Shown here: piece by piece, positions 24,068 through 35,970 of the stretch
Numbering within the stretch: position 1 is the stretch's first letter
How the letters are laid out: each line of letters begins with the position of its first letter
NCBI RefSeq assembly: GCF_001194135.2
Contig: NC_068986.1
Location: forward strand, 74,395,148-74,433,878
DNA from: Octopus bimaculoides
Lineage: Eukaryota
Length of the DNA: 38,731 bases
Direction of reading: 5' to 3'
Made by a program: the position numbers and the translations under genes
The notes under the pieces: model-generated
What the model was told of the DNA's origin: nothing
What the model saw: the letters and a program-made list of their open reading frames with translations, nothing else
The model's database searches: none

Positions 24068-24438
24068 GTTGGGACTCACAGGAGGGATGACAAGGGACTG
24101 AGACTCCTGGTGGTGTGCTGTGCTTGAAAAGACATGTCAAGCTAAGTAAAAGTGTGGTTGTCTTTATACACAGGTTTATCTCCTGCAACCGTCTCTAGCT
24201 GAGCATCCCTAATCTTGCAGGCACGTAGATGCTGATGCCACATAAAAAGTACCCATACTGGTGCTGTATAGGAGCATCCAGTACACTCTGTAAAGTGGTT
24301 GGCATTGGGAAGAGCATCCAGCTGTAGAAAGCATGCCAAAACAGACAAGGAGCCTGAACAACCCCTCAGCTGACCAGCTCTTTTTAAGACCATCCCATCC
24401 ATGCCAGCATAGGAAATGGACGTTAAATGATGATGATG
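24068..24438 (+). mobile_element. Family E copy
   Basis: gtggttggcattgggaagagcatccagctgtagaaa core; ggacgttaaatgatgatgatg tail. Confidence 0.85.
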
Positions 24439-25719
24439 AATCTATTGTCAGTCTATCATACTTAATATACTACTCCATTTCAAATATTAATATTTAGTTA
24501 TTCTAGTTGAAGATCTATCCATTGAACTATTCTGGTTGAAGGTTATCTCCCTACTTGATACCTTCAAAGAGTGTCTTGCACTTTTCTGTGTGGGGATATA
24601 TATGTATACATGCATACATGTCCATATATGTATTATTAAACATTTAAAAANNNNNNNNNNNNNNNNNNNNNNNNNNNNNNNNNNNNNNNNNNNNNNNNNN
24701 NNNNNNNNNNNNNNNNNNNNNNNNNNNNNNNNNNNNNNNNNNNNNNNNNNNNNNNNNNNNNNNNNNNNNNNNNNNNNNNNNNNNNNNNNNNNNNNNNNNN
24801 NNNNNNNNNNNNNNNNNNNNNNNNNNNNNNNNNNNNNNNNNNNNNNNNNNNNNNNNNNNNNNNNNNNNNNNNNNNNNNNNNNNNNNNNNNNNNNNNNNNN
24901 NNNNNNNNNNNTATATATATATATATATATGTATACATGCATACATGTCCATATATGTATTATTAAACATTTAAAAAATAAGATTGGAGAGTTAAAAAAT
25001 CAAAAATGGAGACAATAGAAAGTCAAATAGGGTTGCTGACAATTATCTAAGGGGTGTTCGGGATATGTGCTGCATGGTGATTTATGTTGCATTTAGATTT
25101 GTGGTAAAATTTGAAGATATGAAAACGTGGTGGTTGCATGTACCTAGGGCCTCGTTATATTTATTTAGTAATATATATATATGCATAAGGGCATTGCTAC
25201 TTGTAGCAATAAGTGTAGTTAAAAATTTGAGTTTGCAACTGTATGATTTTGAGGTTCAATACCCTTAGACTATTGTGTTCTACCGTAATAACTTCATAAT
25301 GACTAAAGGTTGGTGAGTGAAATTTGGTAGGTGGAGCTTAGTCTGAGATAAGATGTTTGCTTTGAAACTACTTTTGGGTACCCAGTATAGCATTGCATGT
25401 GAAATTTAATAAACTATGTGGTAATCTATTAAATAGATCATTCCTTTTACTGGGGAAAATACTCAAGCCCCCCCCCCGCCCCCTCCTCTCTCTCTCTCTC
25501 ATCTAGTTTTACAGTGTCCACCATTTCGCATTTTGGAGCCTTTCACAGAATCCACTCTACTGCAAACATTCATACAAGTTTCCATTCTGACACTGATTTC
25601 CACCAATACAAGTGACCCTAAAAATGTCAAAGGTGATGACCTCCTTCTTCTCACTTAGCCATTCGGAGAAAAATTACTGAAACAGATGTTACATTGACAG
25701 TTTGTGGTGAATATATTTC

Positions 25720-25730
25720 GTCTTGCTTTG

Positions 25731-25810
<80 letters not shown>
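25720..25810. repeat. (CA)n(CT)n compound microsatellite
   Basis: Direct sequence. Confidence 0.9.
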
Positions 25811-26025
25811 CACACACACATGTACACACTCTTCCCTCTTTTTTCTCCCTTTTGCTCTGTCATGCACACACAACTCTCTCTCTCTCTGTCTTTCTCAATG
25901 TATAATAAAAGAAATAAGGCTTCACTAAATCTTTGTTTATATAAACAATGCTAACCTGCTTTTCATCCATCTGCTTCAAGTGACAGTTTTTTAATAACAA
26001 TAATAATAAAAATAGCATAATGATG

Positions 26026-26070
<45 letters not shown>

Positions 26071-26072
<2 letters not shown>

Positions 26073-26263
26073 CCTTTCTACTAAAGGCACAAGGCATGAA
26101 ATTTTGGAGGAGGGGACTAGTCAATTACATTGACCCCAGTGTTTCACTTGTACTTAATTTATCAGCCCTGAAAAGATGAATGATAAAGTTGACTGCATGC
26201 AAATGGACAAAATACTACTAAGCATTTTGCCTGGCATGCTAATGATTCTGCTAGCTAGCTGCC

Positions 26264-26264
<1 letters not shown>
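26071..26264 (-). mobile_element. SINE family B, with its tail as (AAT)n at about 26020-26070
   Basis: ggggactagtcaattacattgaccccagtg..gattctgctagctagctgcct. Confidence 0.8.
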
Positions 26265-26315
<51 letters not shown>

Positions 26316-26316
<1 letters not shown>

Positions 26317-26419
26317 CCTAGGCATAACACCTACATGAACTTCTAACTTGTTGTCTCTTGAGGTCTCTGGGTGAGACTTGGATCCAACTTGTACAAATGC
26401 AAGGCAAAAGTCAAATATA
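26316..26419 (+). mobile_element. Short probable 3'-UTR fragment of an R4/Dong-like LINE inside (TAA)n
   Basis: Flanked on both sides by (AAT)n. Shares ttgaggtctctgggtgagacttg with ctgaggtccttattgtgacttg, which follows the stop codon of the 26756 element. No coding motif remains. Confidence 0.55.
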
Positions 26420-26453
26420 AAATAATAATAACAACAATATTAATAACAATAAT

Positions 26454-26664
26454 GATTTCAAATTTTGCTCCAAGGACTGCAAATTTGGGGGAGGGGACTA
26501 GTCAATTACAATGACCTCAGTGTTCAACTGGTACTTTTTTTATTGACCCCGAAAGGATGAAAGGCATAGTCGATCTTAGCAGAATTTGAACTTAAAACAT
26601 GACGAGCGAAATACCACTAAGCATTTTGTCCAGCACGCTAATGATTCTGCCAGCTCACTGCCCT
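26454..26664 (-). mobile_element. SINE family B
   Basis: ctggtacttttttttattgaccccgaaaggatgaaaggc..gattctgccagctcactgccct. Confidence 0.9.
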
Positions 26665-26686
26665 AATAACAATAATGATGATGATG

Positions 26687-26732
<46 letters not shown>

Positions 26733-26755
26733 TGATGATGATGATGATAATAATA

Positions 26756-27484
26756 GGGTGACCTAAAAAAGAATACTGAAAGCTTAATCTTCGCTGCCCA
26801 GGACCAGGTATTAAATATCGACTCAATGGAAAAGAATATATTCCACACGAGTAAAGTGAACCTCTGCAGAATGTGTAGGAAGAGGGTCGAAAGTGTGGCT
26901 CACATTGTTAGTGCTTGTGGAAGTCTTGCACAGAAAGAGTACAAGGGCAGACATGACAAGGCGGCCCAAAATCTTCACTGGCTACTATGCCGTAAGTATG
27001 GACATTAGGTCATGGGTACTTGGTGCCAACATACACCGGAAAAGGTAATGGACAAAAAGGGGAAGGCAAAAATCTTCTGGGACTTTGACTTCCAAACAGA
27101 CAAGGTATTAGGCTGGATATAGTAACCATTAGGCAGGACAAACAAAAGTGCCTAATAATTGATTTGGTCAAGAGGTCAACATGTCATCATGAAAGAAAGA
27201 GGTTGATAAATATGGAGACCTGGAAATCGAGATCGCTAAAATGTGGCATCTACAAGAGTCAAACATAAAGGTTACCCCTATTGTCATCGGAGCATTAGGT
27301 TCAATACCACCCAGTCTGGAAAAACATCTGAAAACCTTAAAAATACCCTACAATCTAGATGTATTATTGTATAAAGTACTTTCTGTCTGAGGTCCTTATT
27401 GTGACTTGACAAACAGTACAAACCCCTGGTAGACACAATATCTTCAATCAACAACCTCATGATATTGTATACTGTGCAACATCT
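26756..27484 (+). mobile_element. 5'-truncated R4/Dong-clade non-LTR retrotransposon (CCHC finger plus restriction-like endonuclease), dead
   Basis: GDLKKNTESLIFAAQDQ; CRMCRKRVESVAHIVSAC (CCHC); YKGRHDKAAQNLHW; KAKIFWDFDFQTDK; a frameshifted PD..IID site; KYGDLEIEIAKMW; VTPIVIGALG. (TAA)n lies on both sides. Confidence 0.92.
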
Positions 27485-27526
27485 ATAATAATAATAATAA
27501 TAATGATAATAATAATAATAATGATA

Positions 27527-27750
27527 ATCCTTTCTATTATAGGTACAAGGCTTGAAATTTTGGGGGAGGGGACTAGTCAATTACATCAACCCCAGTGTTT
27601 CACTGGTACTTAATTATCAACCTTGAAAAAATGAAAGGCGAAGTTAACTTTAGCAGAGTTTGAACTCAGAATGTAAAAACGAATGAAATGCCTCTAAGCA
27701 TTTTGCCAGCATGCTAACAATTCTGCGAGCTTGTCGCCTTCGATTCTGCC
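27527..27750 (-). mobile_element. SINE family B
   Basis: Same tail junction (aataatcctttcta..ggggactagtc) and head as the 26071 and 26454 copies. Confidence 0.88.
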
Positions 27751-27775
27751 ATTATTATTAATGATACTAATAATA

Positions 27776-27915
27776 ATCCTCTCTACTAGCGGCATAAGGC
27801 CAGCACTTTTTAGGGGAAGGGTTAGTTGATATCATAGAATCTGGTGCTTTATTTTATTGACCCAAAAGAATGAAAGGCAAATTTGAACGCTGGCATTAGA
27901 ACTCAGGATATGAAG
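27776..27915 (-). mobile_element. SINE family B, partial
   Basis: ttgacccaaaagaatgaaaggcaaatttgaac..tagaactcagga. Confidence 0.65.
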
Positions 27916-28466
27916 AGCCTATATATANNNNNNNNNNNNNNNNNNNNNNNNNNNNNNNNNNNNNNNNNNNNNNNNNNNNNNNNNNNNNNNNNNNNNNNNN
28001 NNNNNNNNNNNNNNNNNNNNNNNNNNNNNNNNNNNNNNNNNNNNNNNNNNNNNNNNNNNNNNNNNNNNNNNNNNNNNNNNNNNNNNNNNNNNNNNNNNNN
28101 NNNNNNNNNNNNNNNNNNNNNNNNNNNNNNNNNNNNNNNNNNNNNNNNNNNNNNNNNNNNNNNNNNNNNNNNNNNNNNNNNNNNNNNNNNNNNNNNNNNN
28201 NNNNNNNNNNNNNNNNNNNNNNNNNNNNNNNNNNNNNNNNNNNNNNNNNNNNNNNNNNNNNNNNNNNNNNNNNNNNNNNNNNNNNNNNNNNNNNNNNNNN
28301 NNNNNNNNNNNNNNNNNNNNNNNNNNNNNNNNNNNNNNNNNNNNNNNNNNNNNNNNNNNNNNNNNNNNNNNNNNNNNNNNNNNNNNNNNNNNNNNNNNNN
28401 NNNNNNNNNNNNNNNNNNNNNNNNNNNNNNNNNNNNNNNNNNNNNNNNNNNNNNNNNNNNNNNNNN

Positions 28467-28526
<60 letters not shown>

Positions 28527-28934
28527 TAATGCTCACACATACAGACAGATATGAATGCTCACACACACACACATGCACGTAAACACCATTCCAAGTGGAA
28601 ACTTGAAAATGTAACCATCTTCAAATCTGTTGCACTTGTAAAGCTAAACTGGGGTGAGAAGAAAGGATTTTGCTCAGACATCTTCTATACTTCACCTGTG
28701 TTCATATTGTCTACTCTCAGCCATCTTTTATTTACCACAAGACAGCATGGAATTCCTATCTAACTTCACAGTCTTTTTTTAAGTGATACTTGAAGAAAGA
28801 AAGCAAAGACAGCAAAGCCCTGTTAAGTGTGGAAATGGGGAAGAAAATGTCTGACTTCAGCCTTTTCTGTGCTGTCTTACAGGTTTTTTTCGTTTCTCAA
28901 AGTTTCTCTGTATTTAGTTTCTGAATAATAAAGA

Positions 28935-29099
28935 GAGGTGTGGCTGTGTGGTAAGAAACTTGCTTTTCAACCCCATGGTTCTGAGGTCATTCAGTCTTAC
29001 TACATGGCACCTTGGGCATGTATCTTCTGCTTTAGCCTTGGGCCAACCAAAGCCTTGTGAATGAATTTGGTAGATGGAAACTGAAAGAAGCCCATTGTA

Positions 29100-29142
<43 letters not shown>

Positions 29143-29372
29143 CTTTGAGTCTGTGTGTGTCCCCCTCCCCCACCATTTGATAGCCTGTGCTGGTGTGTTT
29201 ACATCCCTGTAACTTAGTGGTTTGGCAAAAGAAACTGATAGAATAAGTACCAGGCTTTAAAAAGAAAAGGGGAAAATAAGTATGAGGGTTAATACATTCG
29301 ACTAAAAATTCTTCAAGGTGCTGCCCCAGCATGGCTACAGTCTAATGACTGAAACAAGTAAAAGATAAAAGA
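28935..29372 (+). mobile_element. SINE family A (tRNA head, CORE-like body, internal microsatellite, 3' module)
   Basis: gtggctgtgtggtaag head; ggcaccttgggca CORE-like motif; (TA)n/(TG)n at about 29097-29160; tail aagtaaaagataaaaga. Confidence 0.9.
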
Positions 29373-30307
29373 TATTGTGTTAGATAATAAGAGATGGAGA
29401 AAGAAGAGAGGATGTAAATATTGTATTTATGAAAGATGGAGTGAATAGAATGGACAGACGTTTGTCGAGATGGATCAATAAGGTGATTGTTTGATAAACA
29501 TATTTCAGTATATAAGTTTGTTGTTGTCAGAGTGTTCTGACTGGTGGGAGTTTAATGGTGATGACAAGTATAATGTTGGTTCAATTGTTTTACATGTATC
29601 AGATGTCCACTGTGTTTAGACATGTAGAAACCAGTATCTCAAAGTTAACATAATGAAAATTTTGCATTCTCTCCTCTCTGTAAATAAGTATAAAAACCTG
29701 TATGCACTTGTATGTGTATACACATACAATGTATCATGATTATTCCATATGTAATCATATCAGAGTGACATGATTTCTAATAACTCCTGCTATTTATTAA
29801 CTATTCTTGGCTATGTTGTCCTTCAGGCTTTAAACTGAAGTCCACTCTTTCAAGTTTACTTCTGTAGTGCTTCAATAGATTCTGCCATCAGCATTCAGAA
29901 GTGCTCATGTGCACACAGTTCTGAATTCTTTTGTGATTGCCTGAAGGACAAGGATGAAATGGAAAGGGTTACAGATAGAGACTTCCTTGACACTCACCAG
30001 CACATTACAACATTTTCAATAAGTAAACTGATGATCAATACTCTAATTCTAACTTATCCTTCTGTCAAACTGTTCTCACTACCTATTTACTTGTAGCATC
30101 AATCACCAGACTACAAAATGGTTGATTTAATGAGCCGACCTCTATGCACTTTTCCATCCTGTTAGAAACAGCAGCTAACTCTCCCTCGAATCACACCTCT
30201 ATCAACACTAAAAAAAAAAAGCAACGAACAAATTGGATAATGTTTGTTGAGATGTACTTTGTCCAAAAATCCAAAAATAGCATAGGGTGGTCATAGCTGG
30301 AACACAT

Positions 30308-30529
30308 TTAACCTTTTCATTATTTCTGTCAAATACTCTATCTTTGTTTCAATTTATTTTGAAAATAATGAAAACTTCAGTAAAACAATTTTTTCTCTGT
30401 AAAGCTGGAGTTTGAAATATAATTTAACACTGAATTTGGTGGTACGTTTTAATTCAGATAACCTTAAACAAGAATTTTGTATCATAGCACCTCAGGTGGT
30501 CTCAGGTGCATTGGCATCAAATGGGTTAA
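30308..30529. mobile_element. Probable second TTAA-bounded MITE family
   Basis: Termini ttaacc and gggttaa, length about 220 bp, AT-rich interior. The TIRs are decayed beyond about 6 bp. Confidence 0.5.
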
Positions 30530-30752
30530 TCAAAGCATTCTTGATGACGTCTGATCCGGAGATAAACAGTGGCTTGAGTTCAGTCAATGAGTCATTAAAT
30601 CCGAGATAGGTAATTTTTTCTTAACTAATAACAATAACTTAAGCATTTATGATTTTGTGTCAAAATTTTCATTGCACCAACTGCAATTTGGTCACTGACG
30701 ATACCATCGCATGCAGGTCACAGTCGGTGTGGCAAAATCATTGACATGAAAT

Positions 30753-30963
30753 AACCCTCTTTATTATAGGCCCAAAGCCTGAAATTTGTGGGATGGGAGA
30801 GGCTAGGCAATTACATTGCCTCTAGTCCTCAACTGGTGCTTATTTCATCAACCATGAAAGTTAAAGTCGGCCTCAGTAGAATTTGAACTCAGAACATGAA
30901 GACAGATGATGCACCATTAAGTATTTTGTCCAGCATGCTAACAATTCTACCAGCTCATTGCTT
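30753..30963 (-). mobile_element. SINE family B
   Basis: gaatttgaactcagaacat..gctaacaattctaccagctc. Confidence 0.8.
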
Positions 30964-30980
30964 TATTGACAAAATATAAT

Positions 30981-31375
30981 AGGTGCAGGAGTGGCCGTGT
31001 GGTAAGTAGCTTGCTTACCAACCACATGGTTCCGGGTTCAGTCCCACTGTGTGGCACATTGGGCAAGTGTCTTCTGCTATAACCTCGGGCCGACCAAAGC
31101 CTTGTGAGTGGATTTGGCAGACAGAAACTGAAAGAAGCCTGTCGTATATATGTACATATATATATATGTATGTATGTTTGTTTGTCTGTGTTTGTCCCCC
31201 CACCATCGCTGGTGTGTTTATGTCCCCGTAACTTAGCGGTTCGGCAAAAAGAGACCGATAGAATAAGTACTAGGCTTACAAAGAATAAGTCCCAGGGTCG
31301 ATTTTCTCGACTAAAGGCGGTGCTCTAGCATGGCCACAGTCAAATGACTGAAACAAGTAAAAGGGTAAAAGAGTA
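30981..31375 (+). mobile_element. SINE family A, young full-length copy
   Basis: aggtgcaggagtggccgtgtggtaag (A box) and gggttcagtccc (B box); nearly identical to the 32681 copy outside the internal microsatellite. Confidence 0.95.
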
Positions 31376-31532
31376 AACCTTATGTGTTTTTAAATGGCTA
31401 ATATGCATGTGTGTCTTCTACACTGTAATTGTTTTAGTTTCAACAGTTTCAGATTCAGATCAAATCTCTTGAAATACACTTCCAAAACAACAATAACTCA
31501 TTGTAGATTTGTCTCCCTGAATAAATTTCAAA

Positions 31533-31680
31533 TCATGGCTGATTACTAAAGAAGTTCTCTTCACAATCACGAGGTCCCAAATTTGATTCCACTATGTGGC
31601 ATCTTCAGTGTCTTTTAGTACAGCTTCAAGTCAACCTAGTCTTCATGATTTAAAATGGGTACATGGAAACTGCATGGATG
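31533..31680 (+). mobile_element. Old, degenerate family A-like 5' half
   Basis: ttgattccactatgtggcatcttcagtgtctttt..atggaaactgcatgga parallels the family A head and body. Confidence 0.5.
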
Positions 31681-31917
31681 GCAACTGATGGCTTGTATCT
31701 TGTCACACCCTGTATCATGTTGATTCCCTTCGAGAATTGAGCTTAGCACTTATGTCTGTAGAATACGCAGCCACAAACTCTGATTCATGATTCAATGAGT
31801 GATTGTTCCATTGATTGAGCAATTTAAACACTCATCATCAAAAACAGACACATGCACACACACACACACACACACACACATGCACTTACACACACATGCA
31901 TATACACACACACACGT

Positions 31918-31952
<35 letters not shown>

Positions 31953-32087
31953 TCTTCTGAAGAATCATACATGGGGAAAAAGGATAGTGGAATGAATCAT
32001 CATTTGTTTGACTATGTATACGCACACACATACACACATGCACACATAGACATATGTATTATGACTGCATGTATGATCATCATCACG

Positions 32088-32373
32088 AAGGCACATGGCT
32101 CTGCGGTTAGAATGTCCCTACCTCACAATCATGAGGTAGTAAGTTTGATTCCCAGATTGGGCTGTGTGTTGTGTTCTTGAGCTTTCCCATCCCATTGCTC
32201 TAGTTCACTCAGCTATAGTAATGAGCTGCAATGGTATAGAGAGGGGAGGCTGGTATGCATGGGCGACTGTTGGTCTTCCATAAACAACCTTGCCTGGACT
32301 TGTGCCTGGGAGGGTAACTTTCTAGATGAAATCCCATGGTCATTCATGACCAAAGAGGGTCTTTTTCACTTTT
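32088..32373 (+). mobile_element. SINE family C with a decayed 16-bp TSD
   Basis: aaggcacatggctctgcggttag head. tatgatcatcatcacg (32072-32087) versus tatgattatcgtcatg (32374-32389). Confidence 0.88.
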
Positions 32374-32680
32374 TATGATTATCGTCATGGCATAGGTCAT
32401 TGAAATGGCTCAGAAGAGAGAGTGAGTAATGACTGGCAGCACAGGAAAGGTGAAGTTAAAATACATTGGGTAGTTTGATGCAGTGTCATATAAATAGGGT
32501 GACTGAGTCAGAATAATGAGGATGATGCAGTCAACAACACAAGGGATGGGGGAAATGTTAGATGGAGAGCTAGGAGTTATAAAGAAACAGGTGAAAGAGT
32601 GGGTAGATTAGAGAGGTGGGGACCAAGGATGGAAGGTGAGGTGGGCTAGCAAATGTAGTCATGCAGGGTATATTTTACCA

Positions 32681-32854
32681 TAGGTGCAGGAGTGGCTGTG
32701 TAGTAAGTAGCTTGCTTACCAACCACATGGTTCTGGGTTCAGTCCCACTGCGTGGCATCTTGGGCAAGTGTCTTCTACTATAGCCTCGGGCCGACCAAAG
32801 CCTTGTGAGTGGATTTGGTAGACGGAACTGAAAGAAGCCCATCATATATATGTT

Positions 32855-32893
<39 letters not shown>

Positions 32894-33088
32894 TTGTGTT
32901 TGTCCCCTAGCATTGCTTGACAACCAACGCTAGTGTGTTTATGTCCCCATCACTTAGCGGTTCGGCAAAAGAGACCGATAGAATAAGTACTAGGCTTACA
33001 AAGAATAAGTCCCGGGGTCGATTTGTTCAACTAAAGGCAGTGCTCCAGCATGGCCGCAGTCAAATGACTGAAACAAGAGTAAAAGAGT
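32681..33088 (+). mobile_element. SINE family A, young full-length copy
   Basis: As for the 30981 copy; internal (TA)(TG)n at about 32845-32900. Confidence 0.95.
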
Positions 33089-33094
33089 ATAGGC

Positions 33095-33420
33095 ATCCAA
33101 GTTTCTTGCAACCATATCACCAAACTGTACATTTCTTTGTCATCTCCTCCATGAGATGCAGCATCTTCATCACATGTCTTCCTGGATCTCCCTCTACCAC
33201 AGGTCCTTCCTACATGTAATTTCCAGCACTTCTTTACCCAGCCGTCATCTTCTATATGCAACACAAGCCATACCAACACAGCCTTCTTTGTATACCACAC
33301 CTCATTCCTCTTATACCCAGATTTTCACTCAGTTCATTTGCTCTCCGGAATTCATATACACAAAAGCATTATACATCCATTGGAGCATGCCTGCTGTATT
33401 TCCATCTAGTTTTAGCAGGT
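33095..33420 (-). mobile_element. 3' fragment of a dead RTE-like LINE
   Basis: The minus ORF reads LVWLVLHIEDDGWVKKCWKLHVGRTCGRGRSRKTCDE, resembling LRWYGHVxRMEDDxWVKKC...GRGRPRKTW. Confidence 0.8.
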
Positions 33421-34574
33421 CCACTGCATTTATCTACACACACACACACACACACACATGCAGATAAGTACACATGCATGCATATACATATATGTTTGCA
33501 TGTGTTTTGTCCTTATGTGTGTTTTGCCTGTATGTGAGTATACATGCCTTTATACCAACTAAATATATATTTCATGAATATACATATTAAAGTTTGTGTG
33601 TATGTGTGTCTGTGTGTCTGTGTGTGTGTGTGTGTGTGTGTGCACACGTGTGTACATACATACATACACACACCCACATCTGTATTTACATATATGTATG
33701 TATATACAAGAATAAGGGCAGGGAATCGTCAATTAGTAATAGAATTAATAATGATGATATATGTATGTATATATATATTTACAGATCTATTGTATACACA
33801 CACACACGTATATTGTATATATTAATTATATTTCTTTCTCTCTTTGTTCTACACTCTCCCTCTTCTGTTTGCCATCTCTATTATACTTCCTCTCTCTCCT
33901 GCCCCCACTCTCTCTTTTTTTTCTCTCTCTCTCCCTCCTTCTGTCTTTATTTCTGTAGCATTCAATGTAAATGCAACAGCAAAATTATACAAGTAAATAC
34001 ATAGAGAGGTGGCTAACGAAATATTTGTCTGGAATAGAGTGTTGTTCTGTCTTATGTATTCTGTCTAATATCAGCTTCACTATTTAGCCATTTGATGTAT
34101 TGAGAAAAAAGAGCAAGCAGACTGTGAAATTCTGTGATCTCTGGCATAATTGCCAAACCTACTCAAATGGAAAAGTGAAAATAATAAGTTTGAAATTAAA
34201 GGACCAGTTGAGTTGGCTGGAGTTCCGGGGGTTGAAATGGTTTTCAGCAGAGAGGATAAGTAAGGCAAACAAAGCAAATAATTACAACACTATTCCAACA
34301 TTGTTGTCATCGTCATCAATATTATCATCATCATCATCATTACCTCTGCCTTAGTGAAGGTGGAGGTATTGTTTTCAATTGTGTTTGCTTGTTTGTTTGT
34401 CTGTGGACAAGATATCTCAAGAAATGCTGGATGGATTTGAATGAAAGACATAATCAACTCTGTAAAAAAGCCATTCACTGCATTTTGTCATGGAGAAAAA
34501 TTCTTACTGTAGACAAATAGGTGAAAACACAGTAAACCATTTTCCTCAGTTCCACTCCTTCTCTCAGCTGAAGA

Positions 34575-34808
34575 GGTTTTTGTTTTGCAAGCTGCTTGGT
34601 GATCACAATGGTACTGGTACCACATAGAAAGCACCTGTGCTGGTGTCATCTAATTAGCACCCAGCACACATTGTAAAGTGGTTGGCATTAGGAAGGGCAT
34701 CCAGCCAGAGAAGCCATGCTAATGGTTCCAAGTGTAGCTCACCAGCTTGTCAGCTGCTGTCGAGCTATCCAACCCATGCCAGCATGGAAAACGGGCATTA
34801 AATGATGA
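34575..34808 (+). mobile_element. Family E copy
   Basis: gtggttggcattaggaagggcatccagcc core; gggcattaaatgatgat tail. Confidence 0.85.
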
Positions 34809-34836
34809 TTTTTTATATATATATTTATATATACAT

Positions 34837-35040
34837 CTTTTATCTTTTACTTGTTTCTGTTATTAGATTGTGACCATGCTGGAGCACGGTACATTTTTTT
34901 TTTTAGCCTGGTACTTATTCTATTAATCTCTTATGCCAAACTGCTAAGTTATAGAGATGTAAACACACCAACACCAATTGTCAAGCAGTGGTGGGAGAAC
35001 AAATACAGACACAAAGACATATATATATATATACATATAT
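34837..35040 (-). mobile_element. SINE family A, 3' half
   Basis: cttttacttgtttc..ccatgctggagcac..gtacttattcta..gctaagtta. Confidence 0.85.
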
Positions 35041-35825
35041 ATACATTAATTTATGTATATATTAACGTTATCTCGGTTGAAAAAACTTTGATAATGTAAA
35101 TATGTTAATAGCTACCAGGGTAGCAAAACTCACACAAAACTGGGATATCATACTCGGTTAATAGGTAGAAATACCATGTTAAAGTGATGTATTTTGAGTA
35201 GATATGAAGAAGAATAATAAATGGAGCAAAACGCGTATAATCAATAAGTTCCTTTATATATATATGTAGAAGGTTGAAAAGGAACACACGAGTTGATATA
35301 TATGGAAAAAAAGTCAAGGTAGGAAATGCTAAAATAATTTTATAAAAAATTTAATTGTTTTCCATACTTACAGTTGAAAAAGTCTCAATGACTGAAACCA
35401 GTACTGAAATGTTTTTTATAAAAGTATTTTAGCATTTTCTACCTTAACTTTTTTTCCATATATANNNNNNNNNNNNNNNNNNNNNNNNNNNNNNNNNNNN
35501 NNNNNNNNNNNNNNNNNNNNNNNNNNNNNNNNNNNNNNNNNNNNNNNNNNNNNNNNNNNNNNNNNNNNNNNNNNNNNNNNNNNNNNNNNNNNNNNNNNNN
35601 NNNNNNNNNNNNNNNNNNNNNNNNNNNNNNNNNNNNNNNNNNNNNNNNNNNNNNNNNNNNNNNNNNNNNNNNNNNNNNNNNNNNNNNNNNNNNNNNNNNN
35701 NNNNNNNNNNNNNNNNNNNNNNNNNNNNNNNNNNNNNNNNNNNNNNNNNNNNNNNNNNNNNNNNNNNNNNNNNNNNNNNNNNNNNNNNNNNNNNNNNNNN
35801 NNNNNNNNNNNNNNNNNATATATAC

Positions 35826-35970
35826 AAAGGCTTCTTTCAGTTTCCATCTACCAAACCTGGTCTGCCCAAGGCTATGGTAGAAGACACTTGCCCAAGGTGC
35901 CACACAGTGGGACTGAACACAGAACCATGTGGTTGGGAAGCAAGCTTCTTACCATATAGTCACACCTACG
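35826..35970 (-). mobile_element. SINE family A, 5' half, abutting a gap
   Basis: ggcttctttcagtttccatctacc..cacttgcccaaggtgccac..gggactgaac. Confidence 0.88.

Noticed and set aside
30981-31060. tRNA genes at SINE heads (families A, B, C, D)
   Set aside because: A and B boxes are present but there is no complete cloverleaf or acceptor stem, and each head continues into a SINE body.
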